Origin: Camelus dromedarius
Lineage: Eukaryota
Assembly: GCF_036321535.1 (NCBI RefSeq)
Contig: NC_087437.1
Coordinates: 29,266,001 to 29,330,000, forward strand
Length of the DNA stretch: 64,000 bases
Direction of reading: 5' to 3'
Every line of letters begins with the position of its first letter. Position 1 is the first letter of the stretch. The position numbers and the translations under genes were made by a program. Of the stretch, positions 24,320 through 37,843 are shown one piece after another. The notes beneath the pieces are model-generated. The model worked only from the letters and a program-made list of their open reading frames with translations. It had not been told where the DNA came from and did no database searches.

Positions 24320-24912
24320 TAAGAACACTGACCATAATAGGTGTTGTCAAGGATGTGGAGGGACTGGAGCTCTCTTACAATGCTGACGGGAATGTGAAAT
24401 GGCACTTTCAATACCATGGAAAGTGGCACAACCTACTTTCTTTAAAGTTATTTTTGAAAGCTCAATACCCAACTATCATGTGATCTAACCATTCCACTCG
24501 TAGGTATTTACCCGAGAGAAACGAAAGCATGTATATTCCAAGACTTATACACGAATATTCACATCAACTTTACTTGAAAACAACTTTAATCTCCATCCAT
24601 AGGTGAAAGGATAAACAAGTTTGTGGTATATTCATACAAGGGAATATTGCTCAGCAAAAAAAGGATTCATAACAGGGATGAGCCTCAAATAATTATGCAA
24701 TACGAAAAAAGACAAAAAAGAGTATGTATAGTATAATTTCATTTATATAAAACTCTATAAAATGCAACTAACCTACAGTGACAAAAAACACACCAATGGT
24801 GAGAGTTCAGGCAAGGAGGGTTGGGTATAAACAAATACCTAAACTTACCAAATTGCACATTTTAAGTAACTATATTTTATGTCAATTATATTCAATATAG
24901 ATGTAAGAAAAA
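24320..24912 (+). mobile_element. Old LINE-1 3' part (continuation of 21303-22280)
   Basis: Resumes at the same consensus point (actgaccataataggtgttgtcaaggatgtggag) and ends gtcaattatattcaatatag. Confidence 0.75.
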
Positions 24913-26329
24913 AATCATTATCTTTTAATTTCTCATCTTCAAAACAAAAGAAGTTGGATTAAGTTATCTTTCAAGACTAGGACCCTGTAATTCTGGTAAT
25001 TAAACAAGAAGGCCAAAAATACGGACCAAAAGGTGGGAGACTCTGCAGTGCTGTTACTGTCTTGTTGAAGCCCTAGGGCAAGACTGTATTTTATTGAGTA
25101 ATGAGAGTATTTTCTTTTAAAGAGAATGGATATTAATCCTTCTCTTTTGGTCTTCATTTTTCTAGTTCTAATGGTAGTAGTGAGCTCTTCTTGACTACAT
25201 GGAGACAGGTTGGAAGGAAACAGCAAACAGAGCTGCAATTTCTTAATCACAATGACATTAGTAGTAGGAGGAGCAATGTGGGGACTTAAGATCCTGATAA
25301 ATGACAATCAGGGCAGGGCAGTGGTGTGGAATCCTCTAGGTAAAGGTGGGGCATGTCTGAGTTTTGGATTCTCTACCAAGCAAGCAGAGCTTCCAGAAAA
25401 ATTCTTTTGAATATTGAGGTAGGACATCAATTTATTAGTCCTAAAAACCGAAGGCAGCAGTGTGGCAGCAAATCAAGAAGGCTAGAGTGGACCTAGCTGA
25501 CTAGGTCCTGCACATATGAGGGCGTAAGTACTTCTTGAATCAGTGGATCAGCAGAAAAGAAGTATTTGGAAATACACCTATGTTGGTAGCATTTATTCAT
25601 TTATCTCAGATAAAAGATATAGTTTAACAGGTTAGGGTCAATAATTCAATGGCTAGTAGAGTGGGCATAAATTTCCAGTGCCTTCCTTAACCTTTATCAA
25701 GACACATGGATTACAAAATAATGTAGGATTTAAAAAAAATCATGCTGTACTCATAACCTGCACAACCCTATAACCCACAGTTACATTGTTTCAGTTTACT
25801 TAGCAACCAGCCCATATCTCATAGCTCACAGGACAAGAGAGCTTTCAGTGGAGGATTTTTAGAAATATGATTAAACACCATCTTGATATTTGGCAAATTA
25901 ACATCAGATTATTGGCTTGAAATTTCAACTCAATATGATTCTGTATCTTGTATAGTTTGAACTGCTGTTTTCATAGGTCAAACATGGTTTAAAATTAGAA
26001 TTTTATGTAATTCAAAATCAAAAGAAGGGAAGGAAGAGAGGAGGAACGGAAGAAGAAAAGAAAATTATGGATAAAGAGAAAGCCAAGTGTCATAGATGCT
26101 GTTTCAGGCATAAATATGTTATAAAAGATAATCAAATATTTCCCAAATGAAGTTAATGAAAAACAATGAAGGCAACAACTCCAAATTAAAACCATTAAAA
26201 AATCCCCCCTTTCAGCAATAATCAAACTAAAATAGGGATACAGCTAATGTTATAAACTTCAGAAAGTGTCAGCCAATTTGGGGGAAAAAAAACACCTCAA
26301 AGAACAAGGAGCATTACTCACTGTTGCTT

Positions 26330-27120
26330 TACTCTGTGGAATTTAGTCAGAACATAAATTCAGGAAAATTGTAATCCAAAGACAAGATACCAGGATGAGA
26401 TGGAAATGGGGAAATTAAAGGGTCAAGAAAAACACTGAGGATCAAATAATATCGTTATAGAATTAAGAAATAAGAAGTAGGAACAAAAAGCTGTAACAAA
26501 CTCAAATTACTGATAAGAGTAGTTTGACATAATCAAATGGATAGAATAAGAAAAAACAAATGAATTAAAGCAATTGGAAAGAAGATACTATGTCTAGAGG
26601 CCAGACCTAAGTCAAGAAATGGACAAATAGAATATAAAAAGTGTTCAAAGATTTCATACAGAAAACCTACCTAAAATTAAGGAAGATTGAAAGAAAGGAC
26701 TGTTACAGGGAAAATGGACACAGAACATCACCTATACATATCCTGGTTATGTTTTATCACTTCCCAAAGAGAACAAATTTCCTCTCTTATTTCTCCATAA
26801 TATAATTCAGAGCCAGGAGAAAGAAACAATATTTCCAAAGTTCTGAGAGAAACAGAATGTCTCCACGAGCTCATGACATTATTAAAATATAAAAGCTTCA
26901 GAACCACATTTTAAAACATAAAACAACCCAGGGAGCGCAGCATATAAAGCCTTCTTTAAAACAAACAAACTACCATTTAATGCCGAATCCAGCTGATGAC
27001 GAAATGAATCAAAATAAAGATATTAGAAAAGGAAAAGCCAGGGTAAAAAGCCTATGTGTGTACTGTCTGTTTCATAGAACATGATGGCTGAATAGCTGCA
27101 GAAATAACAATGGAAATGTT
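26330..27120 (+). mobile_element. Very old L1 ORF1-region remnant
   Basis: A-rich sense strand with weak ORF1-like motifs (aacaatatttccaaagttctgagagaa). Confidence 0.35.
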
Positions 27121-27334
27121 ATAAGCCTTAGAAGAGCATTACCCTTGCCGGGGGAATGCTCTTTCTCTACCTCCAGGTGCCTCCAAACTTCTCTCACCCA
27201 AGGTCAAGGCTTTCTGTCTAATAGCCTTGGGTGTTAAAAGAAATAGACCAGGAATCTGCAACCAGGAAAGGGAGTAGAGAAGATGGAAAAAAACTAAAAA
27301 CCTGAGACACCGACATTTAATTGAATGACATTTT

Positions 27335-28040
27335 ATTGAGTTAATGATAAAGCACTTCCTCTCTCCACACTAACAGGACTCCAGTAGGATAACAGTGGGT
27401 TGTAGCTGAAATAGCTGTAAGACACAGACTCTCTCAGAGGAAGATAAGGAGTAGGAAAGCCCAAAGCCAAGAGAGAAGGCAAAACAAAGGACACTAGAGG
27501 AATCTGGAGTCTCTGGTCTGTAGAGCTACAGCAAACACTGAACATAGCCCAAAGCCTAGTCACGTTAACATAAATGTTCACACTAAAGGCCTATTTACCT
27601 CAGTTCCCATTACCTGATACAACATGTCTGACTTTCAAAAAAAATTACAAGGCAAGAAAAAATACAGTCTGAAGAAACAAAGCAATTATCAGAATCAGAT
27701 ATGCTAGAGATGCTGAAATTATCAGACAGGGAATGTAAAATAACTATGAGTAATATTTTAAGGGGCCCCCAGGAAGAAAGTACGGAACATGCAAGAATAT
27801 ATGGGTAATGTAAGCTAAGACAGAAACTCTAAGAAAGAATCACAAGGAAATGTTAGACAAGAAAAACTGTAAAAGAAATGAAGAATATCTTTGATGGCTC
27901 ATCAAAAAAGACAACATAATTGATGTGAGATTAGGTGAGCCTGAAGACAGATCCATAGAAACTTAGCTGCAAACTAAAATGCAAAGAGAGAAAAGACCCC
28001 TCAAAACAGAACATTTAAGAACTGTGGGACATCAAAAGGT
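27335..28040 (+). mobile_element. L1MC/MD-like 5' end and ORF1 start
   Basis: aaaggcctatttacctcagttcc...aaattatcagacagggaat...gaactgtgggac. Confidence 0.7.
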
Positions 28041-30092
28041 GAAAGAAACTACCAAACTGTCTTCTAAAGGGCCTGTGCCATTTTGCATTTGCAACCAGTA
28101 ATGAATGAGAGTTCCTGTTGCTTCATATCCACACCAGCAGTTGGTGCTGTCAGCTGTTTTGGATTTTAGCTATTCTAATAGGTCTGCAGTGTTATCTCAT
28201 TGCTGTTTTAATCTATTTGCAATTCCCTAATAGCATACAATGTTGAGTATCTTTCCATATCCCTGTTTTCCATTTCATGTCTTATGTAGTGAGATGAATA
28301 TTCAGATCTGTCCATTTTTGTTTTTTTATTGTTGAATTTTAAGAGTTACTTGTATATTTTGATATGTCTTATCAGATATGTGTTTTACTCTTTTCTCTCA
28401 CTCTGTGTCTTTTCATTTTAACAGTATTTTAAAGAGCAGAAGTTTTTAATTTTAATAAAGTCCAACTTACCAATTAACTTTTATGAATCATGCTTCTGGT
28501 GTGTGTCTAAAATTTCATCACCAATTATAAGGCCACATAGATTTCTTCTACTGTTTCCTTTTAGAAGTTTTATAATTTTGCATTTTACATTTAGGTCTAT
28601 GATCCATTTTGAGTTAATTTTTTGTGTATGATGTAAAGTTTGTGTCTAGATTCATTTGTTTACATATAGACATCCAACTGTTCCAGTACCACTGCTGGAA
28701 AAAAACCTATTCCTTCACCATTAAATTACCTTTGCTGCTTTATCCATGATCAGTCGTCCATATTTGTGTGGATTTTTTCTTTTTTTTTTTTTGGACTCTG
28801 TTCTGTCCACCTAGGTGTCTGCTCTTTCACCAGTACCACGCTGGTTTGATAACTACAGCTTTTTTGCAGATCTTAAAATCTGGTAGTGAAAAGTCCTCCA
28901 GATTTGTTTTCTTCTTCAGTACTATGTTGGCTTCCCAAGACTTTGCCTTCCCATACAAACTTGAGAATCAGTTTATTGATATCTATAAAATCGTTTCCTT
29001 GGATTTTGTTGGGGATTGCACTAAATCTATTAACAAAGTTGGGAAGAATTGACATCTTAGTAATGAGTCTTCCAATCCACAACATGACTGTTTATTTAGA
29101 TCTTTGATTTCTGTCACAGAATTTTGTTGTTTTCCACATATAGATTTTGCACATATTTTCTTAGATTTACATCTAATATTTTATTTTTTGGTGCTATTAT
29201 AAACGGCATTGCTTTAAAACTTTTTAATTTATAATTGTTCATTGCTAGCACATAGGAAAGTAACTGACTTTTGTGTATTAACTTTGTATCCTGCAACCTT
29301 GCTATCCTCACTTATTTGTTCCAGAAGGGGTCTTTTTTGTTGATTCTTGGTACTTTTTGCATCAATAAGCATGTCATATATGAACAGCTTTATTTCTTCC
29401 TTTCTGATCTGTATTTTGTTTATTTTCTCCTTCCTTCTTTTCCGTGTATCTTTTGCTCTTACTCTCCTAGCTAAAATTTCCGGTAAGATGTTGAATAGAA
29501 GTGGTAAGAGAGGATATTTTTGCCTTGTTCATGATCTTAGGAGCAAAGTCTCCAATTTCTCACCAATTTTACCAATCTCTCCATAGGTTTTTTTTGATGT
29601 TTCTTATCATGTTGAGGAAATTACTTGGTATTCTTAGTTTGCTGAGAGTTTTCAACATGAATGAGCATTGAATTTTGTCAAATGTTTTTTTCTGTGTCAA
29701 TTGATGTGATCACGATGTTTTTCTTCTTTACCCTGTTAATATGGTGGATTACATTTAAAATGTTTAACCAGCTTTATATACTTGGAATACATCTCACTAG
29801 GTTATGGTGTATAATTCTTATTATACATTATGGATTTGCCAGTATTTAAACATTTTATTTTGCTAGTATTTTGTCAAGGATTTTCCATTTATGTTTATCA
29901 GAGAGATTGATCTATAGTTTTTCTTTCCTGTAATGTCTTTATTTGATTTTATTACTAGGGTAATGCTGGCCTCAACAGATGAGTCAGGAAGTGTTCCTTC
30001 TGCTTCTATTTCCTGGAAGAGTTTGTGAACCACTGGTATTATTCTTTCTTGAATTTTTAGAATTGATAGAATTCACCAGTGAAGCCATCTGG
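28041..30092 (-). mobile_element. L1 ORF2 remnant, antisense
   Basis: Minus-strand ORFs give L1 ORF2-like peptides (WIGRLITKMSILPNFVNRFSAIP, ARLQDTKLIHKSQLLSY). Confidence 0.9.
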
Positions 30093-30170
30093 GTGGTGTG
30101 AGGTGTATGAGAAGACTCTGTACTATCTTTGCAATTTTTTAATATAAATTTAAAATGTAAAATAAAAAGC
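30093..30170 (+). mobile_element. L1MC/MD-like extreme 3' end
   Basis: gactctgtactatctttgcaatttt...aaataaaaa. Confidence 0.6.
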
Positions 30171-30619
30171 TCAGTAAGAACATAGATTCAGAATATCACT
30201 TCTCTGAATTACACTTCTATGTATCTGTCTATGTAACACCTGCTATTTGTATGTATGTGTGTAGTGATGTGTAGAATGATTTTCATATATTAATGATAAT
30301 TATTTCACAGTTGAGTATTTGCATATTTTAAGCTTTCTTATTTTTTATTTCAGTATAATGAACATGTGCTTTTTTATCAAAACAATAAAGTCATGCTAAA
30401 ATAATGAAGGGTAGTTAACTGCTAATTGCGAGGGATCCTGTGGTGAAGTGTATTAAGTTCTTAGTTTATTACTCACCATATAATGGACTCTCGGAAGGAT
30501 TATTACTATTATTTTGTTGCAAGTGCTTTATGTTCTGACTTTTGCTCACCTCTCCAGGCAATTTATCATCATTTCCCACCCCCTAAATTGATGCTTCAGT
30601 GTATCTTACCAAAGACACA

Positions 30620-30825
30620 GTATGCGGTGATTAAGAGTTTAAACTATCTGGTCCAGCATGCTCAGGATTACAGCTCAGCTCTGCTGCTGTGAGCCCATAG
30701 GCAAGTTCTTTAACCTCCCTAGGCAACAGTCCCCTTATTGGGAAAATGGAAATTATTAATATTATCTGCCTTATAGGGTTTTTATGAGGATTGAATGTGA
30801 CTCTGCATCCTAGCACTTAATAAGA
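30620..30825 (+). mobile_element. MIR SINE
   Basis: ggtgattaagag...gctctgctgctgtgagcccataggcaagttctttaacctc...atagggtttttatgaggattgaatg. Confidence 0.75.
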
Positions 30826-30837
30826 TAGTTTTACAAC

Positions 30838-30928
30838 TAATACCACCATTACCATCATTGCACCACCACCACCATTACCTCCACTACCACTACTACCACT
30901 GCTGCTACTCCTGATACCACTACACCAC
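30838..30928 (+). repeat. Degenerate (CCA/CTA)n trinucleotide tract
   Basis: Directly visible. Confidence 0.8.
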
Positions 30929-31004
30929 TTTCTTCACTATTTATGCAGGACTTTTTGCTTAGAGTATTCAAGTTTTTATTTTCCCAGTCTACTGCTCATT
31001 TTTC

Positions 31005-31426
31005 AACCGGTATGCTGGTAAACATTTAACAATTGATTCTGAGAAAAACAAAACAGCCCTCTAATTTGTAAAAAATTGCCAATCCCATTGTATAAAAAGG
31101 ACTTTCACCATATCTAACTCCAAGGTACCAGTCTGAAATCATTAAATGTGAGGTGGGGAAGAAAAGCAGTAGCGTCCTTATACAGTATTCCTTCCATACA
31201 GATTCATTAGTTGTAAACAGCCTCAAGAGCAAAAACATAATGTAACAATTAGAAAGTGATGGTTTCAAATATTTATTACCTTTGTATATAATGTAGTTAT
31301 AATTATTACTTAGTATAATTTAATTTTAAACACAGACTGTGTTTAACAACCAGCCTGCAAAATTCCTAAAAATTTAACAGTCAATTCTTAGGAGCTAGTA
31401 ACTAGTCAGCTCCAATAAACTGCTGG
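31005..31426 (-). mobile_element. MER63-like hAT-Blackjack DNA transposon
   Basis: Termini gtatgctggtaaacatttaacaa... and ...ctgtgtttaacaaccagcctgcaaaattcctaaaaatttaaca...gctccaataaactgctg. Confidence 0.75.
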
Positions 31427-31789
31427 ACTTACTATTTTGATTTTCTGATCGATTCTCACCATACAGTCTTAGCTCAGACATTACCTTCTTAGGTAACCTT
31501 TATTAACTATCAAAATGGGACACTGAAACCCAATTACAAAATACATATGGCTTCTAATCATTTTTGTCCAGAACACAAAATTGGAATCAGAATTGCTCTT
31601 GGCCCTCTGCTCATACTTTTCTCCCCCCAAATCCATCTTCTAAATTTTATATAATTTTTAATTGAAAAACATATATTTACAAAGAATAAAGATGAAAATA
31701 TTAGAGATTATATATGCAGATTTCAGAAAATAATATCCTCTTAGAAATGGTGAACTGATTTTAGAATGAAGTATACATTTAAGAATATA

Positions 31790-32114
31790 TTTTAGGTTTT
31801 CCAAACAACCCTCAGCCCCCCTCATCTAAGTCTGACACTTTATATTCCTCTTCTTATTCCAAAGTGTTTTAGTATTCCAGGGAAGGTGACAAAACCTTAC
31901 TGAAGGCCACAGCTCCAAACAGCTACTCTCCCCATTTCTGTGGCCCTCCCTGTATTGCTGCTTCAGGCCCAGGAGTAATGGCTTCCAGCTGTTGCTAGCC
32001 CCAGGGTAGTGCACTATTGCCTGTTGATTTCTCTGAACCCTGTTTACATGTTTATAAATCTTCTGAAATTACCTAAACCTTGTTTGCATCTCTTCCCCGA
32101 AGGGACCTAATACA
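31790..32114 (+). mobile_element. ERVL LTR fragment (LTR40-like)
   Basis: ttcaggcccaggagtaatggcttccagctgttgctagccccaggg...ggacctaataca. Confidence 0.5.
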
Positions 32115-32319
32115 TAATCCTTGTTAGGCTTTAAAAAAATATTTGCTTGAAAAATTAATGGAAAAAGTTGTGTTCAGTCCGAGAAGTGAGCTTAGAAAAT
32201 GAATTCTTTTTTTTCCCACTTTATCCTCTTTATATCATTTTTTAAAAACAAAATATAAAAAAAATTCAATGCATATGAAAGCTTTTCATAGTTTTCTTTC
32301 TCATCCATAGACCCTTTTG

Positions 32320-34450
32320 CCTATTATTTGTTTTGATATTTACTAAACATTTGGACAAAACGATGATAGTTGTTTTAATTTATATTTCTTTGATCATTAG
32401 TGAGATTCAACAGTTTGTATCACTGAAGGTTTTTGATTTAAAGAAACAGATTCTGTATACCTTAAATAAGGAAAGGGTTAGTGGAAATAACTTACGGAAT
32501 GTGACATGGAAAAGGAGTGTGCATTTGTGAGCCTTCTCTTCTACGGTGCTGCCTTTAAATGATTTGGCATCAATTACTTTGCACCCCTTTATGTCTCACT
32601 TAGGATGACAGTTCCTGGGCAAGAGTTTGGTTGGAACAGCATAGGTCACACAATACGTACACACAGTGGTCAGGAGTACATGGTTTACTGTTGCTGGTTC
32701 CAGCAGAATCACACAATGTGGAGGATGCAGTTCCACAGTAAAGAGATGCCAGGCATGCAAAGACAGCAGTGACCACCTCAGTTTTTCACATTTTTGATCA
32801 TTTGCATTATATCCTTTGGAAATTGCCTGTGCAAGTTTTTGGACTATTTTTCTATTGGAATGTTGGACATGGTTTAGAATGGTTTATTTGAGGTTTTTGT
32901 ATTTTAAGACTACTAACAGCTTGGTATGTTTGTTGCAAATGTTTTTTCCTATTGTGTAGGTTTAGAGTTTCATGTTTTTAACATAATGTTTATATGTGGT
33001 TAAACACTAATCTTTTTTAAATTTTAAAATCTTTGTTCTAACTGGAATTAGTTTTGGTTTGCAATATAAGATAGGAATTTATTTTAACTTTTCCTAAACA
33101 GGATATTAATTGTTTCAGATCACTTACTGGATAATTTCCCACTGGGATGAAGTGCCACCATTGATACACTAAATTTTTATATTTAGATATATTTGGTTTC
33201 TGAAATTTTTGTTGTTTCAAATATGGCGCTTCAGTTATGGTTTTTTCTTTTCCATTCAGGAGTTCCATGATGTTAAATTATTGTAGTTTTATAATGCACT
33301 TTAAACACATGATAGGATAACTCCTGTCTTTCAACTTTCCTTTTACAAAATTTCCCAGGCTGTTGTCATTTTTCCAGGTGAACTTAAGTATCAATTGCTC
33401 AAGTTTTCTACAATCTTACTTTGTTACATGAATTTTATTACATTAAACATTGTTGTCAATTTGAAAAGAATGAAAAATTTAATATTGAGTTTTTCCATGC
33501 ATAAACACTGTATATTTTTCTACTTATTTAAAACTTTTTTTGCTTCACAGAAAACTTTTGTATATTTATATAAATTTTCATAACTTATGTTTAATCACTT
33601 TAAAAAAATTTTTATTGATATTATGAGTGGCAGTTTTCCATTATATTTCCATAAAGGCTTATTACTGGTATCTAGGAGATTTTTTTTTCAACTGAGTTAT
33701 ATCCTTCTAGTAGCTAAAATAGGTTTTAGTCAATTTCCTTGTTTCTTTCCAAATACATTCTTTCTTCCATCAATTAGGTAGAGAATCGTCTATTTGAAAT
33801 ATATTTTCCAATATATTTATATAGAATTTTATACAGCAGTGCCATGAACTCCATGCTCTTCTGTATACAGACATACAGCCAGATCCCCCCTCCCCTCTCA
33901 TGATCTCTCATTTCTTATCTCTGTCTCTATAGTGTGTGTATACCCATCTCTTTCTTTTGATTAGCCCCGATGAGCTTTCCTTATTTCATTGGTATTTTAC
34001 AGAACCAGTCCTTAGATTTATTATGAGTTCTCTTCTTTCTTTGCTTTCCATTCATCAATTTCTGTTTCACCTTTAGCTTCTTTATTCTACTGTACTGCCT
34101 TTCAAAAATTGTTTTAGTTGAAAGCTTTCTAATTTACTCATTTTAATTGTTCACTACTTCTATAAACATTTAAATCTATCAACTGTTGTCCAAGTAAAAC
34201 TTTTTACTGTTACCTATGTATTTTGTGATATGTTTAATGCCACATAATTATGACCAGCATAATATTTTTGTCCTGATATCTAAGACACTTTGTGCGTTTT
34301 GTAGTGGTGGTGGTTTTCTTGTAGAATTTCAATACGAGGATTTGCAGGCATAATTCTCTTTTCATTCACTCTGCCTTATATTAAGTGAGCTGTTTAATGT
34401 CAGTTCTTATTCCAGCTCGATGTTTCTTCATCTTTTTTTTTCATATTATA
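32320..34450 (-). mobile_element. Ancient L1ME-like remnant, with a probable LTR-derived insert at ~32417-32780
   Basis: T-rich antisense L1 motifs (gttttaatttatatttctttgatcattagtgag, tcctttggaaattgcctgt, acagaaccagtccttag). Confidence 0.6.
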
Positions 34451-37337
34451 TTTTTGTTATTTCTTGGTGATGCCAGTAGGTTGTATTTTGATAGTCCCAT
34501 AAATTTGCTATTAAACATACAGAGCTAGAAGCCAAAAAGTCATCCTTAAGGTCAAATTTCAAGTCTAAACAACCTCACAAGCTTTTCAGTGATTGGAGGA
34601 AGATGTTTTCTTTCTTCTTTTCTCACCTAAGATAGGGTTTATAGGTGTTTAACCTTTGATATTTATTTCTCTCCTCACAAAACATGGTATCAAAGCCTGA
34701 ATGTTTAGTGGACTTTATTGACAAATTATAGGTGATCCCTATGCACACTTACTCAAAGCTTTTCCCTTGGATTAGTATGGTATTTTCAAAACTACCTGAT
34801 AAAAATATATATGAGTCATTGACAGAAAAATACTCATTTAATTTTCTGAATTGACATGCATAGATATAAAACAAATATTTTGTTTTAAAAAGTGCAGAAC
34901 ACAATAACTATTAGCGTCAACAATTAAAAATTATTTTATGATATTTAATGAGCTGTAAGAAGTGAATTTGCTTCTCATTTTTTGTCTTGTCAAACATTCT
35001 GGCATTATGAAATTTGCTAATTTCCTAGTATATTGTTTATCCCATGTTTCTGAAATTTAAATATTGTTACAAATGTTCTCACTATTATGAATTTGAACAT
35101 AGAAAAATCTAAAGATTGAATTGTATAATTTCACTGGTTTTAAACTTATTACTGAAGCAAATACATAAAAAGACATTCATAACTTTCCATGGATCAGGGT
35201 TGATACTTTCTAAATGAGGAAAAAAAATACATATATATACATTTATTGTATATATGCACATCAAAATCCCAGTCATTCTGAGTGCAGTTAAAGTAACTAG
35301 TGGAAATAAAGCTTTTAAAGAGTTAAAGAGACTGAGGCATTGGTGAGGAAGGCTAGATTCTGCGCTGGCTCTACTTTATTAGCCACAGGTGGTAAATTCG
35401 GCTGAAAATTTATGAAGTTGGTTTTGTTTGATTTTTTTTCTTGTAGCTCTGTAAGAGTTCCTGTTCTTGCCCTTTTAATAATTAATGTAGAGATGTTCTT
35501 TCATTTGTGAGCAAAAATATTTGCTCACTGCCTTCAGGGCTAAGGAGGGCTAAGGGTGTTTTAAAGATTTGGTTAAGAAATAAACACTTTCACTGCATAT
35601 ATCTTTTGTGCATTGTTTCAGCTTATTAATTTATAATATTAGTATATTATGTGATCATGTAAGCTGTTCATAGATTTCCTTTGAATTCTAGACATAAACT
35701 TTTAAAACACCTCAAGTTTAAAGAGGAGTGAGTGAATCCTATGTGTTGTTGCTCTTACAAACCAGTATTACATAGTCAATAGACATTATCCTCAGACATT
35801 TTGACACACTCTTCCCCCACATTTTGGTGCCCAGTCTTTCAGTCACTATCACCTTTTTTTCTGAAATAGTTTCTGTCCAGTTTTTATGATGCAAATTAAA
35901 TTCATCTTACTTTCCCACCTTGCAGTGCACCAGGAAATGTTTTCCAGACAGGATTTTATGAATCTCATAGAAAGGATATAAACATATGCCTTTGCCCCAC
36001 ATTTTATTTAAGTGAAATTTAGATACTGATTTCTTAATTACATGCTCTCAAAACATTCTGCACTTCACTTCTTTCTATGGGAAAATTTCCAGCAATAAAC
36101 AGAAGAGTTTTGGTTTTTTTGGCTGCTTCTGTACTATATAATTAAGAGTTAATAAATTAGATGTGTGGTTGTGTTAAATAGAATATAATTAAAAGGGACT
36201 ACACACTTTATGTAGAATATGAATCCATGTTTAAAAACAGGATAAAAATCAGATATATTCCATTTTTTAATATTTCTAATATAAACACTTAAAATTACCT
36301 GTGTTTAAAATTTTTAAATTTTGGATCTCCTGATTTTAAGGACATGAGATTAAAATTATCTTAGACAAATACTAGAATTTTAGTTTGTGGAAAATGTACT
36401 CTCTTAGATAATAGACTATAATAAAACTTGAAATTTAATGTCTCTATAAGTTTTTATAAAATTTGAAAATATTCGACTTTTAGTGTGACCGGCTACCTGG
36501 AAGCCCATTACTTCCATGTCAGTTAAGAATCTGTGCAGCAGTCCTTACCACCAAGATGGAAAAAGATTCTTCAGTTTTACAGTGTCTTCTGAGAGGCAGT
36601 CTTCGAGCTTTGTAAGCATATTCTAATTTTAGAGAAGTGCTAAACTTATTTATACTCCATAAGGGCATAAAGATGAGTTCTTTTCTGACCTCAAGAAACT
36701 CACATTCTTTGTAAAGAGTTGTAAGTTGGGTCCTTTCATCAATTTCATCTTAAAAAAAATGGCAAAGTATTAGTACAAGGTTGCTTTTCAAGTGTGAAAA
36801 AACAATTGCCCTAATTTTCTTGATGAAAATGATGTCTGTGATTGTTAGTATTGTTTGATAGGTCATTAATTTTGAAAAACTGACTACCTTTGAAAAATAA
36901 GGAACCTCAGAATGAGCCATTAAAATGGGCCTGGGAAGGTAAACCACCTTGTAGTTAAGAACTTCTGGGATGGGCCAGGTTGGGAATAACATATAAGGCA
37001 CATATTAAATGTCAGTATCAATTGAATGTTGGTGGGTAGCTTCTTGGCTCATAGCATTGAGGATTTTTAAGCTGTGTCATAGTATCTTTATCTGCCTTTG
37101 ATAGGTATAAGGGTGAAGGCACAAAAATAAAGGCAGAAAGAAACAGAAGCATTCAGAAACTGGTGAAGGAAATTTCAGGTCCCTGTTTCCCTTTAGGATA
37201 TCTAAAGTAGAAGCAATAATCAGACTCCTACCTAATCAGCATATTGAGTAGGGAATCCCAGAATCTCCTCTGAGTATTTTTACGAGACTGAAGTTTGAGA
37301 ATTCACTCCTCTTTAAACATGGCAATATATTTGCTTA

Positions 37338-37511
37338 GAAGAGTTGTTCTCCAACTTGACTTCACATTACAATCACCTAGGGAGCTTTAAAATACTACTG
37401 ATGCCTGGGTTCCACTCCAGACTAAATAAATCACCATCTTTGGGACTGAGCTTCTGGCACTAGTATTTTTTAAAAACCCTCCAAGGTACAGCCAAGACTG
37501 AGAATCATTGG
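37338..37511. mobile_element. MER5A-like hAT-Charlie MITE
   Basis: gttgttctccaacttg...aatcacctagggagctttaaaa...cagccaagactgagaatcattg. Confidence 0.8.
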
Positions 37512-37787
37512 AAATTTCATGTAATGGCAAAATCAGACGGTGACTGAGCACATATACTCTCTCCCGTCTCTCCCAAGTTCCCACTGGAATGTAGAAAAGT
37601 GTTTAAATAATAATAATAACAATAACAATCATGAAGTATATCAATTCTGGAAAGGAAGTGGCATCAGACATCCAAGCTTTATAGACATTTTATAAGACAA
37701 AAATGGGTGGAATTAATTGGTGGTGAAATCTAATCAGAGGAAACCACAGGGCAAGATACTCTAGCTACAAACTCAGATTCAATCAAT

Positions 37788-37843
37788 ACAAAGATAAAAG
37801 AATCACATTCTTAACAAAGATAAATAATCACATTCTTAACAAA
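37788..37843 (+). repeat. ~25-bp imperfect tandem duplication (caaagataaa-aatcacattcttaa)
   Basis: Directly visible. Confidence 0.85.

Noticed and set aside
27132..27163. Hairpin aagagcatt...aatgctctt as a terminator or miRNA
   Set aside because: It is too short for a pre-miRNA, intrinsic terminators are irrelevant in mammalian DNA, and such a hairpin is expected by chance.
36549..36622. Minus-strand exon-like unit with a gtaagg donor
   Set aside because: Weak acceptor and unrecognised peptide.
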